Assembly (NCBI GenBank): GCA_002269645.1
Contig: NIVC01001726.1
Location: forward strand, 1-64,000
Direction of reading: 5' to 3'
Source: Macrostomum lignano
Taxonomy: Eukaryota
Length of the DNA: 64,000 nucleotides
This document shows, in pieces, positions 41,820 to 54,235 of this stretch (position 1 is the first letter of the stretch; every line of letters starts with the position of its first letter). The position numbers were made by a program, and so were the translations under genes. The notes under the pieces are model-generated. The model made no database searches. It was not told the origin of the DNA and saw nothing but the letters and a program-made list of their open reading frames with translations.

Positions 41820-42240
41820 GGTCCAGCTAACCTACAGACTGTACTGACGCCACAGAGCCAGTCTGTTTAAGAGCCTCACATATGGGGTGGAATTCAAGTT
41901 TAGGAGGTCCAGCTAACCCAGCAACAGACTGCACTGACGCAACTGAGCCAGTCTGTTGAAGAGCCTCACAGATAGGAGGTGGAATTCAAGTCCAGGAGGT
42001 CCAGCTAACCTACAGACTGCACTGACGCAACTGAGCCAGTCTGTTGAAGAGCCTCACAGATGGAGGTGGAATTCAAGTCCAGGAGGTCCAGCTAACCTAC
42101 AGACTGCACTGACGCAACTGAGCCAGTCTGTTGAAGAGCCTCACAGATAGGAGGTGGAATTCAAGTCCAGGAGGTCCAGCTAACCTACAGACTGCACTGA
42201 CGCAACTGTGAGCCAGTCTGTTGAAGAGCCTCACAGATTG
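41820..42240. repeat. ~87-bp tandem repeat, block 2
   Basis: CCAGCTAACC at 42001 and 42088 (87-nt spacing). Confidence 0.9.
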
Positions 42241-42994
42241 TGGCTTTCTGTGAGATGATTCCGCTATCCGTCGTAACATGTGTTGTCCGTCCGTTAAAAC
42301 TTTTTTAATTGTTTAAAATTGAGTGGAAAGTTTTTCTATTGTAATACGTGAAATTTATTAAGCAAATGTATTTATTAATTATTGTATATCGTCGTCAATC
42401 TACTTGCTTTTTGGCACATATTTGGGACGTTAAGTGTGTTTCTTTAGGTTTATCGTTATTCTAGTGCACTACGAGCTACAAATATGACTTTTTGCTATTT
42501 AAACTTTTGCTTGGCCGTTAATTTGCACTGCTAACTATTTTTCTTGGCCTAAAAATTAGTTGCATTTGATTCATTTGTTTTTAATGAGGATGATCGGTTC
42601 TTGAGTCCGGAGCAAAGTAGAACTGAATGCATTATTTGCACTTTATTACATATTTTGTATTTGGGGCTTCTGTCACGTGACTTTTTAGTGTTTTTTCTCG
42701 TGCTTAACAGTACTGGGTCGATAATAATCGCAGTACTCTGCTAAATAAATGATGGTCCACCTAAACGGTGTCTTTTTGAAGGTCCACCTAAAACAGGTCC
42801 GGGCTGGTCCAGCTATCCCAGTTGAAAGTGACATGCAGTTTCCACGAGATGGCTAATCTGCAGGCTAAACTGAAAGACAACCCACGCTAACTTTTCGTGT
42901 AGAGACAAAAGACACCGGTTTTATAAGGAAACTAGGTGGTCCACCTAATGCATTAACCAAACTCTCTGGTCCCGCTAAACACACAGACAGTGGT

Positions 42995-43345
<351 letters not shown>

Positions 43346-45384
43346 AACGCCGACGTCTGTGGGAACAGTGTGCTATGGGCTCGGACAGCGCTCCGCTAAA
43401 CGCGGCCGTGACCAAGACGTGCACCGGAAAGTGCAGTCGTGGAAATTGGCGCAGAAAACTTTGTCTACGGGGTAGAAAAAGGAAACACAATGCGTGTCAC
43501 TATTTACAGTAGAGCTATTCGTAAAGTCAGCAAAATCGAATTTTTATACATAAAAATCATCTCGCACTTTATCAAAGATAATTGATAATTCCCTTCTCCA
43601 AGAAGGTCAGCACCAGATCAAAGCACCAGAGGCGGTATCAAAAGCAGCGGTACAGGTAGAAAAGCCCTAGTCTTCTTCTAGATTGCCCTAGATTGACAAA
43701 TTTAGTTTTCACTAATTTGAGATTGGTAATTGTCTGGAAAGAAGACTCTTGAAACTCTTGAAAGAAAATTTATTGTATCTGTTTGAATGCTAAAGGTATT
43801 AAATATTTGAAAAAACGATTGTTTCTCCAACGTTTTTAATAGGAGGCTATAGAAAAGGTCAAAATCTCGACTGACTGAATTAGTGAATTGCAATTCCAAT
43901 TGAGATTGGCCACAACTTTTTGCTCTCCACTGTGTAGGCCTCAATACTGGCTGTGTGGAAGGGTAAGAAAATGCCCAGTGGCTGCGTGTGTACATTCTGA
44001 CCCTGGCTGACTGATGGAATGCATCGACAAATGGCTTTTTAGCAAAAACCTGGACTATTCTAGATCTGTGGGGAAAATCTACTTGTTATAATATGCAAAC
44101 ATAATTTCCGGTTGCCTTCGCCGAAATTCGTAAAGTCAAAATTTAACGCAAGGTCTCTGTGGTGGTTACCTTACCTTCTCATGCCTTGCCTTCCCTCTAC
44201 CTCTTGTCTTACATACCAGTTAATCTTTTAAAACATACCCAGGGTTTCTTTGGTATCCTCATCCAATCTCCTAACGAAACTTCTGTAAAAATGATAACTT
44301 TAAATTAAAAAATCTGTTTCCTGATGCCCTGACATCTGAGACTGAGAGAGAGTAGGCCTACATGCTATATTCTGTTTTCCTGAGCCAGACTTGATGAATA
44401 ATGGTCTAGCAGTCTGTTATTTGTCATAGTCACTAGAATAATAAAAACTTAGGTAGTTTTTCAGTAGGCCAACTCTTTATAGTGTATTATCTATAGTGTA
44501 GGATACATCATTGATTATTGTAGGCCTAATAGTCAACTTAAGTCCCATATCCCTTGCCCCCAATCTTTTGATTAATAAAATTATTAAAGAAAACTATTTG
44601 ACAAAAAAGCACTTGTATGCCTAGACATAGTCTAGGCCTAAAAGGGAGACTGATATGCTGTGTGCCTAATAAAACAGTAAAAAATTAAAAATATTTAATT
44701 CATCATTAAATTTAAACTATCATGAAAAAATATTTAATTTTAGGCCTAGGCCTATGTTTTATTTAATGTAGGCCTAGTCTTCTCTTATAACTTATATTCT
44801 TATATATTTTTTAATTTAATATTTTGAGGTAGGCCTTATTTTATTTTAGCATTGTTTGTTTCCTAGAAAGTAGTATATTTGAAACTAGGTTATTTTGTTT
44901 TAATACATATAATATTAGTAATATTGTAAATATTTTAAATATTATGAAATTTTATTTGTTTAAAAGACCAAATCAAGAAGAGTATAAATACACGAGCCGA
45001 ATAAGAAGGAGAGCAACTTGGGCAACTTGTGCTACTTGTGCTTCGCTGGCTTCTAGCTTAAAACTGTTCTAGTATATTACTCGGTACTTACTGACTTAGT
45101 TATTTTAGAAAGCATCGGAAGCCCCAAGATTGGGAGAGTTTAACCCGTTCTCAGAGAACGAGACAACTAGATCTAGGATCTGAGAAATCGCCTTTAGGAG
45201 GCAGAGATCCTACCACAGGGTAGAGAAGCCCAGACTCAGAGTCTGAGAAACCCGCCTCAGGGCAGAATACCCAGCAAATAAGCTGTGACCCTCTGATCCC
45301 AGGAACGCCCAGGACTGAAAATAATATCTTTAGAGGAGTATAAGGATAGGATAGACAGTGTCTAAAAAGACCGCTCAGGCCAGA

Positions 45385-45500
45385 AAGTACAATAGAAGTA
45401 CAGACGCTACTAGTAAAAGTACAGACGCTACCAATAAAAGTACATACGCTACTAATAGAAGTACAGACGCTACTAGTAAAAGTACATGCGCTACTAGTAA
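45385..45500. repeat. 21-bp repeat with AAAAGTAC core x~5
   Basis: AATAGAAGTACAGACGCTACT / AGTAAAAGTACAGACGCTACC etc. Confidence 0.85.
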
Positions 45501-47101
45501 AAGGCAAGTGATAACCAGTAAGATTAATAAGAAGGAATAACCCCTGTAACAGCTTGGTAGCAGCAAATAAGGCTAAACAAAAGAATAAATAAGAGCCCTG
45601 GGACAGCTTTTGGTGGCATTTAGTAGGATTCTCAGTGCATAGGAAACATGCCTAGCACAACTTTGGTCTCAGAAGTGGGATATTATTAAGAAGGAAACAT
45701 CCACTAGCACAATTTTATATTTAAAAGTCTATTTATAAATTATAATATATTTATTATTTTTCTATCTTTTCTCAACTTTACTTTAAAATGCATAAGACTA
45801 AAGCCTAAGGTATAAAGCTTTACTTAAAGTAACCATAATTAGGAAGATAACCATTTAGAGAAAATTCTGATAAAAATAGTTGAATATATATGTTGTTCTA
45901 TTGTATTATAATGCAATAGCAAGTAAGGAAGATCTTACACAATATAGTGCAAAAAATGATGCAATTTGACAAGGTAAAATTTGGTATAAAATATTTTTGC
46001 TGATAAATAATTAGTGATTTTTTGTTTGCCAGTATATTGATAGTTTTTTAAATTAAAATATATCAACATTGTAGTTTCTACAAACCAGATTTAATCATAA
46101 CATAAGTCTTATTTAATAAGTTATTAGTTTTTTTAAACTAAAATATTATCAATTGATAAGTTAGGCTTTAGCTTTTATTATTAAAATTGAGATTGTTTAT
46201 TACATTTTTTGATAAAAAATAAGGTTTACTTTCAAAGATACATATATATAATAGTAACAGAGATTTCATTGTAATTTAGCCTAGAGTCATCCAAGCACTA
46301 TCACTATCACCAGATTGGACCACTCAATAAAATAATCATATTTGCAATTATAGTAACAAACCAATTATATTTCAGATCCTAAATTATTTTTATATCAACA
46401 TTTTTAAACAATTGTGCTACCACTACCATTGTCCCAATTGGCACCTTCATCATTTTTTGTCACATTATAGTGCCAGAAAAGCCTAGAATTTTATTTCTCC
46501 TATTTTTTATATGCCTTTAGGTAATGTAATACAATGTAATGACTATTTTATATTGAATTTACAATCTAGATAAATGTTCTGTTTGATTTCTAAGCTTAAA
46601 TATGGAAGTTAAAATATTATAGCCACCAAAGCAGCAGCCACTCCCACTATAGCCACCACTATTGCCAATATAACTTTCTATATTTAATGTTAGAAATCAA
46701 AGAAATGATTATATATATTGTAATTCAATCTAAAATAGTCATTACAGTGCATTATGAAATTAAAAACCATAGATAATAATAGTAATAATATAACTATTGA
46801 ATATGTACAAGCTCGTAAAGTTAGCTATAAATTGTAAATAAGATAATAAACAAATAATGATATCAATATGAAATTTCACAAAAAATTTCTTTTCCCTCAT
46901 GGTGCTACTTAGGCAGCAGTAGCACAATAGAGACTTTGCTTTATTTTGAACTGTCTATTGATAGAGCATATTTTATCTCTATTGAAATTGGTACTGAATC
47001 TGGTTACTTGAATGCATGTTGTGCCAAATCTGCTTGGCTAAGATTTGCACTGACCATTGCTGCTGCTGACTGCTTCCAGAGTGCTTTTGCCATATCTTGC
47101 A

Positions 47102-50100
47102 ATGGACACTCAGCAGCAGGCTAGAAATGCTACTCATTCTTCTGGTCACACAGCAATGGATGTAGATGAGACTGCAGCTGCTGCCTCAGTTACTGCAGCT
47201 GTCGCCTCTTCTGCTGGTCTGCCCGACCCAGCCAACTCGAGCAGCTCAACTGAGCAGCAGCCGCCGGCTCGCCAGATTCAGCTTCAAAGCGACACGGAGG
47301 TCAGCCTAACCGACTTCCTCTCCTCTCTGGGCCGCTACGATAGCAAATTATGCGGCGACAGTAGTAAGAAGTATGAGCGGATTATGAAAATTGGCCAGGG
47401 CACCTTTGGCGAGGTGTTCAAAGCGCGCAGCCGATTAGAAAAGAATCTGATCGCTATGAAGAAGATCAAGATGGAGCACGAATTGGAAGGCTTTCCCATC
47501 ACGGCTATTCGAGAAATTCGGATTCTATTGGCCGCAAATCATAAAAATCTTGTTAAACTGTTGGAGATTTGCAAGACCGAGCCAACTAAGGCTAATCGGT
47601 ACAAATCCGAGTTTCACCTGATATTCGAAATGCTCGATCACGATCTGGCCGGATTATTGGCTAATCCGAAAGTGACATTCACCCTGGCTGAGAAGAAGGA
47701 CATGCTGCACCAGCTGCTGGAGGGTGTGTGGTATCTGCACAGGGTCAACATTCTGCACAGAGACATGAAGGCCGCCAATATACTCATTTCTAAGAAAGGT
47801 TTGTTGTCTCGAGTGCCTGTTATCTATAGAGTTATTGTTTGAGCAGAATAGGCAGGTTGTGTCACCCCTCATGGCACCCAGCGTGAGCCAGTGGCGAATT
47901 AAGCTGAGCTCCAGTTCACGCAGCCGCTATAGAGTTAGCAGCTCTCTGAGCTGCCGTGAACTACTTCGGGGGTGAGAGTGCAGTGGCGACTCCCCGACAG
48001 TGTCCTCCACACTCTACAGCAGCTAGCTGTGTACAGTGATGATGCAGTGAGACTGTGTACAGTGATGATGCACTGAGCCTGTGTACAGACTGCCTGCAAG
48101 CTGTAGTTGTGTACAGTGATGATGCTGTGAGCCTGTGTACAGACTCCATTCTAGCTGTAGCTGTGTTAGTGTACAGTGATGATGCAGTGAGCCTGTGTAC
48201 AGACTCCATTCTAGCTGTAGCTGTGTTAGTGTACAGTGATGATGCAGTGAGGCTGTGTTCAGGCTCCATGCTAGCTGTAGCTGTGTACAGTGATGATGCA
48301 GTGAGGCTGTGTACAGGCTCCATGCTAGCTGTAGCTGTGTACAGTGATGATGCAGTGAGGCTGTGTACAGACTCCATGCTAGCTGTAGCTGTGTACAGTG
48401 ATGATGCAGTGAGGCTGTGTACAGACTCCATGCTAGCTGTAGCTGTGTACAGTGATGATGCAGTGAGGCTGTGTACAGACTCCATGCTAGCTGTAGCTGT
48501 GTACAGTGATGATGCAGTGAGGCTGTGTTCAGGCTCCATGCTAGCTGTAGCTGTGTACAGTGATGATGCAGTGAGCCTGTGTACAGACTCCATGCTAGCT
48601 GTAGCTGTGTACAGTGATGATGCAGTGAGGCTGTGTTCAGGCTCCATGCTAGCTGTAGCTGTGTACAGTGATGATGCAGTGAGGCTGTGTTCAGGCTCCA
48701 TGCTAGCTGTAGCTGTGTACAGTGATGATGCAGTGAGCCTGTGTACAGACATGTAAAGTCCAACTGCACATCAATAAACAATAATGCGACCTGCAGGCGT
48801 GCTGAAGCTCGCAGACTTTGGCCTGGCCCGCAACATAACCACCAGCGACAAGACCAGGCAGTACACAGGCCGGGTGGTGACCCTGTGGTACAGGCCGCCA
48901 GAGCTGCTGCTGGGAGACCGGCAGTACGGACCCCCGCTAGACATGTGGGGCGTCGGCTGCATTGTGGCGGAGATGTGGACGAGATCGCCAATCATGCAAG
49001 GCGGTGCCGAGCAGAAGCAACTGGAGCTGATTGTGAACCTGTGCGGCTCCATCACTAAGGAGGTGTGGCCGAACTGCGAGAAACTCGAACTGTACCAGGA
49101 GATGTGCGCCGGCTTGCCGAGTAATCAGAAACGAAAGGTGATTAGAAATTTTGGCGGTTGCCATGGCTGGGCCATTCATCCAGTTACTACTTTTAGTATT
49201 TAGTTGCCAAGGCCTACTTAAGTATAATGTATTCGGTAAAACCTGTAGCCCTTAGTAGTTATATGTACAATTAATTTACTCTTTCAATATTGTCCAAGTT
49301 TTTATACTTTATCCGCATTTCCTAGAAAGCAGATCGTCATTCCTCGAATCTGTTTTGCATTTCTTAGAATCTGGATTGTATTCCTGGAATTTAGGATTTT
49401 ATTGTTTAAATATCAAGTCAGGCGTTTCCTAGAAATGTGGCTCAAGTTCCTAGAATGCTATTTAAGTTCATACATGCGCAACCCCCTGATTTACACTGGC
49501 CATGCGACTTACTAGCAAAATTAACGCTTTTGGGTAAACGGCAGGAGTAACTATAACAGTCTTATAAGGGCTAAATGCCTCGTCATCTAATTAGTACTAC
49601 GTCTTTATTCTTTGCGGTGGGCATTTTTGCGAATTGCCCCTGGTCCGCCACAATTTACGGTGGTCAGATCGGCCAGGTCGGCCAGCAGTTGCGCATGTAT
49701 GTTTAAGTTTCTTAGAATATCAATCGTACCTATAGGGTTCTATCTAAGGGGTTGCAGCCTAGTGGTCAGAGCGTCGGACTCACGACTTGAAGGTCGGGGG
49801 TTCGATTCCCGATCCCACTGGAACAGTTTGTGTTTTTGAGGAAGACACAACTCTGCATTGCTTCAGTTCACCCAGCTGTAAAATGGGTGCCAGCATTAGC
49901 AGTGGTAATTGAAGGTGTGTGGCGACCCCCCAGTCCATGGACTGAACAGCCTTACGCAGCCTTCAGATGCGCCGTGCAATAGCTGCGGCTGAGCTATCGG
50001 TTGCACATCTGGCCTAACTGGGACAGGTGTAATCACCTGCTATTTGGATTATATCCGTGGAATCTGGCGCTTCAAAAAATGTTCTAATTCGTTTTCTTAG

Positions 50101-50488
50101 AAAGGGTGTAGAAACCAACTCTAACAATATTCGCCAGGTCAAGGAGCGACTCCGCCGCTACATCAACGACACCGAGGAAGGCCTCGACCTCATCGACAAG
50201 TTGCTGCAGTTGAACCCGGCCACCCGCCTGACGGCTGAGCACGCGCTTGATCACAACTTTTTCTTTGTCGAGCCGGAGCGCACCAGCATCGAGCCCAAGC
50301 TGCAGACCATCGATGTCAGCTGCTTCGAATTGCTTGTGTCCAGTCGGCAGGCCAAGCCGCCCATGGGCGTCCTCGGTGGCGGCGCCGGCGGAGGCGGCGT
50401 GGGCCGCGGCGGGCCCGGCGGATCCCGGATGCAGGTGCCGCCAACTAGGAATTTCCCGGATAATCCCAACTACGATAGGATTTTTTGA
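47102..50488 (+). CDS. CDK9: Cyclin-dependent kinase 9 (P-TEFb kinase); exons 47102-47798, 48797-49137, 50138-50488
   Basis: KIGQGTFGEVFKAR, EGFPITAIRE, HRDMKAANILI, LADFGLAR, RVVTLWYRPPELLLG, AEMWTRSPIMQG, LCGSIT.EVWP and LDLIDKLL match CDK9; GT-AG junctions are in phase. Confidence 0.96.
48023..48752. repeat. 54-bp minisatellite in CDK9 intron 1
   Basis: GTGAGG at 48301 and 48355; 18-aa periodicity in the ORF track. Confidence 0.96.
49747..50034 (+). mobile_element. tRNA-headed SINE with a CORE-like central domain (copy 1, CDK9 intron 2)
   Basis: A box (TAGTGGTCAGAGCG) and B box (GGTTCGATTCC), then ...GAGGAAGACACAACTCTGCATTGCTTCAGTTCACCCAGCTGTAAAATGGG; a second copy is inverted at 51807-52097. 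Confidence 0.88.
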
Positions 50489-50589
50489 CTGCCTGTTTTG
50501 CGTATTCATTTGCATGCATTCGTATGAATGAGTTGCCCAATTTGCTTCTGTGCGCGGTCGGAGGTGGGTCTGTTTGTGCTAGCTTTGGA

Positions 50590-51110
50590 TTGCATGTACT
50601 TTTCTAACTCTTTCCCTTTCGCCTTTGTTTCTTTGCCTCTCCTCTCTCCTCTCCTCTTCTCTCTCCCTCTCTCCTCTCCCTCTTCTCTCTCCTTCTCCTC
50701 TCTCCTCTCCACTCTCCTCTCTTCTCTCTCTCCCCTCTCCCTCTTCTCTCCCTCTCTCTCCCTCTTCTCTCTCCTACCTCTCCCTCTCCTCTCTCCCTCC
50801 TCTCTCCTCTCCTCTTCTCTCTCTCCTCTCTCACTCTTCTTTCTCTTCTCTCTTCTCTCTCCCCCTCTCTCCTCTCTCCCCCTCTCTCCTCTCTCCCCCT
50901 TATCTCCCTCTTCTCTCTCCCTCTTCTCTCTCCTTTCGCTCTTTCACCACTCTCCTTTCCCTCTCCTCTCTCCTCTCCTCTCTCCCCTTCTCTCCTCTAT
51001 CCCCCGTATCTCCCTCTCCTCTCTGCCTCTTCTCTCTCTCCCCTCTCTCCTTTTCTCCCACCTCTCTCCCTCTCCCTCTTCTCTCCCCCTCCTCTCCTCA
51101 GTCCTCTGTA
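50590..51110. repeat. CT-rich low-complexity tract downstream of the CDK9 stop
   Basis: Directly visible. Confidence 0.92.
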
Positions 51111-51806
51111 GACTTGGGTTTTCCAAAAGAATCACCAACAGCAGCCTGTGTCTGCCGCGGGCGCAAGCCATCATTCTTGAGCATTGAATTTGATCTTAAC
51201 AGTTGTTATGCCGCATTTTGTACTGCCAGACAGGGGTTTTAAACTAATTACATTTTGTCTAGCTGACCAGTTAGCATAACCGGTGGCATTAATAATAAAT
51301 AACTTGCTATCCCAAGTTTTCATATCAAATCGCTTTGTATGAATGTCTAATAAAAGTGCTTTCTGTCTTAGTCATGTATGTTTAGCGAACTTTTGTGATT
51401 TATTTTTGAAAATTTTGTCGCACTACTCGACTTTGTAGCTTAGCATATGCTACTGTCAGTAGCAGTGGGTTTTGTCGGTATTTCAAAAAAGCATCTACAT
51501 TCGCTCCAGTTAAATATTATGCTATGATTGCTATTCTGTAATTATAAACTGTTATAATAAAAATAAGTTTTGCATCATAGCAGAGCTGGCAGCTGGGCTC
51601 TGCTTGGTGCAAATATTGATTTCTATTAAATAATGCTCAATTGTAGTTGGCCAGGTATCCAATTTGTGCCTTTAAATAACTTTTTTATTTTAATTTGTCT
51701 GATCAGCTGACTTTAAACAATTAGTTGGGTAATTCCATTAAAATTATTTTTAGAAGACAACAATGGTGTTAGTGTCTAATATAACAATAATATATTAATA
51801 GTAATC

Positions 51807-52097
51807 GATTACACCTGCCCCAATTGGTCCAGATGTGCAACCTACAGATCAGCCGCAGCTATTGCGCGGCGCATCTTAAGGCTGCGTACGGCTGTTCAGT
51901 CCAAGGACTGGGGGGTCGCCACATACATCCTCAATTACCCCAGCTAATGCTGGCACCCATTGTACAGCTGGGTGAACTGAATCAATGCAGAGTTGAGTGT
52001 CTTGCTCAAGGACAAATTGTTCCGAGTGTATCAGGAATCGAACCCCCGACCTTCAAGTCGTGAGTCCGACGCTCTGACCACTAGGCTGCAACCCCCT
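51807..52097 (-). mobile_element. tRNA-headed SINE with a CORE-like domain (copy 2)
   Basis: The reverse complement aligns end to end with 49747-50034; contains TGTCCTTGAGCAAGACACTCAACTC...CAGTTCACCCAGCTGTACAATGGG. Confidence 0.88.
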
Positions 52098-52559
52098 TTT
52101 GCCGTAAAGACGGTCTCTTACTGCGAAGACTCAATTTAATGTCTTGAAATAATATTGCAATTGCAGTGTGCATTGCAGGCATTAACAGTAAAGACCGTTA
52201 ATACGGTCTCTGACTGTTTTTACCCTGGCTGTCCTTCTTAGCGGCGTTTCTAGGGTTGTGCGCAATCCGATTGGCATAGTCCAATTTTCTAAGGGTCCGC
52301 CCCGGAGGGGCTGTGCCTGTTCAAAAATATACCCTATTTTTTTCTAACCAATAGAATTTCGGCCCTCGGTCTTGGTTTAGGGGAGGGGGTGCCCGGAGTG
52401 AGTAGGTACTCTGGACTGCAGTGTGGCTAGGACGGGACTGAGCCCCCCGGTCGTACCCGCCCTGCAGGAAAGAAGACCAATTCACAAAGGTGTACGGTAG
52501 ACCCAGTAGACTGCCAGCCCTGAGGCTGAGCCCCGGGTAACAGGTTGAGGGGGCCTGTG

Positions 52560-53900
52560 TGGGTTCAGGTGCTCCTCCAGTTGTGTTTTAGTCCCATTAC
52601 AGTATTGGTTTTATCTAATCCCGGCCTACTGTATGTAGCCGTCCAATCTCTCGGAGTAATGAGCTCTGCCCACTGCCCGGTCCACCCTGCTCTGTCCTTG
52701 GGTCCATCTACTGGCTCCTGCTGACGGTCCCTGCTTGCGTGTCTCTGGCTCTCATCCTGACAGTGGTTTGGTGTCCTGGGAAGGATGTTCGTCCCGTACC
52801 GGGGACAACCGGCTGAGTCCGGAGTCCTCTTGCCCCTGGTGCCTCTTCCTGACCCCTTGGCCTGGCCCCCAATAATGAGGTGGATAGGCGATGCCCTTGG
52901 GTTGGCAGCAATAGAGGTGTTGCTATATCCGCCTAGAGTCTCCCCCTTGGATACAAGCCTTCCAGACTCACTCCAAAATAGAGCTGGGTAGTGAAAAGCC
53001 TTGAGGCTCGAGACCACAGTGTTCGAGGCCTGATGGATCGCTCTTGGTAATTAGCTGCCCAGACTCACTCCAATAGTAAGCCATTTCCGTAGGTTTAGGA
53101 GTAACTCCTCACTCGGACCGCTTTTCAGTAGTATCCCAAGCATTTCGCTCTCCAATTTTTCTGCGCACTCCCAAAGACTCGCTGGCTGGGGGGTAAAAGT
53201 CCACCATATGGATAAAAAATTTCCGCTCTTTCCGACGAGCTCTTTGACGTCAGCGTCGTCGAGATATTCAACGATTCTTGTCGAAGACACTGGTGGCAAG
53301 GACAATCAACACTACACTATAAATCTTTATGGGGAATCCATATTGGCTCAATAATCTGGGTCAATCTGTCGTAGAGGCTTTTGTTTTCAGCATCCCAGGC
53401 ACCAGGGTCCCCTTCATCACCTTCATCACCTACAACGGAGTGCCACCGCGCGGCCCTGACGAGCTGGCACCCCCAACATCGTGATTTTTCTATCAAGGCA
53501 TCAAACCAGGCATGTCTGCATATCACTCCGTTGAAGGTCCCGAAGGTCGCCTGTATGTCTACAGGTCAGCCTAGAGGGTCGCCATCGTCCACTTCATTCA
53601 CCGATTGTGTCTACTGACTGAATGCTGCATGCTGAAGAGGATTCTTCCACTTCAGTTTTGGGAACGCAGCCGTCTGTGAGATGCCGATCGGGTGTTTTTG
53701 TTGAAGGTTGAAGGTTGGTGGTTTTTGCCACCGGACACCTCGAGGAGAATCGTTGAATATCTCGATGATGCCGATTTTCCATGATTCTCGAAGTTGCTCT
53801 ATCGGATAGAGCGGAAAATTTTAGCCCGTGTTCTGGATTTTCATGGCAATTGGTTGAATATTTTTGGAGAGCCAGACAAAGGAAAAATGTGTGCATTTGA
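52560..53900 (-). mobile_element. Possible decayed Gypsy/PNMA-like gag remnant
   Basis: Consecutive stop-interrupted minus-strand reading stretches (QATFGTFNG...; ...KGETLGGY...) loosely recall gag motifs; no LTR, PBS or pol was found. Confidence 0.3.
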
Positions 53901-53989
53901 AATCCACCCCCATGGTCTTTCTACTGTTAAGTACTCGTAGACTAGATTTCTTCTGGCATACTGTGTTTTTCATTTAATTTTTGCTACAC

Positions 53990-54235
53990 AACCCTGTCCC
54001 AAATCCCTAGTTAGTCTTGTACATCGGTTGTTATTCTAAATCCCCCAAATCCCCAAGTCAAAAATTGTAATCCCAAATCCCCAAGTTAGACAGATTTATA
54101 GCTCAAATCCCCAAGTTAGACAGATTTATATCTCAAATCCCCAAGTTAGACAGATTTATATCTCAAATCCCCAAGTTAGATATTGATCCCAAATCCCCAA
54201 GTTATATCGACTGTCAACTCATATCCCCAAGACAT
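53990..54235. repeat. ~30-bp degenerate repeat (AAATCCCCAAGTTAGACAGATTTATATCTC)
   Basis: Directly visible. Confidence 0.8.

Noticed and set aside
39763-42240. CRISPR-like appearance of the 62-bp and 87-bp arrays
   Set aside because: Head-to-tail repeats with no unique spacers, no cas genes, and a eukaryotic intron-containing context.
47961-48991. Repetitive ORFs (TASSLYTATASM...)
   Set aside because: 54-bp intronic array of CDK9.
49747-49815. tRNA gene (A/B boxes, CAC at the anticodon position)
   Set aside because: The anticodon and acceptor stems do not pair properly, and the sequence continues into a shared ~220-bp body in both copies: a SINE head, not a tRNA.
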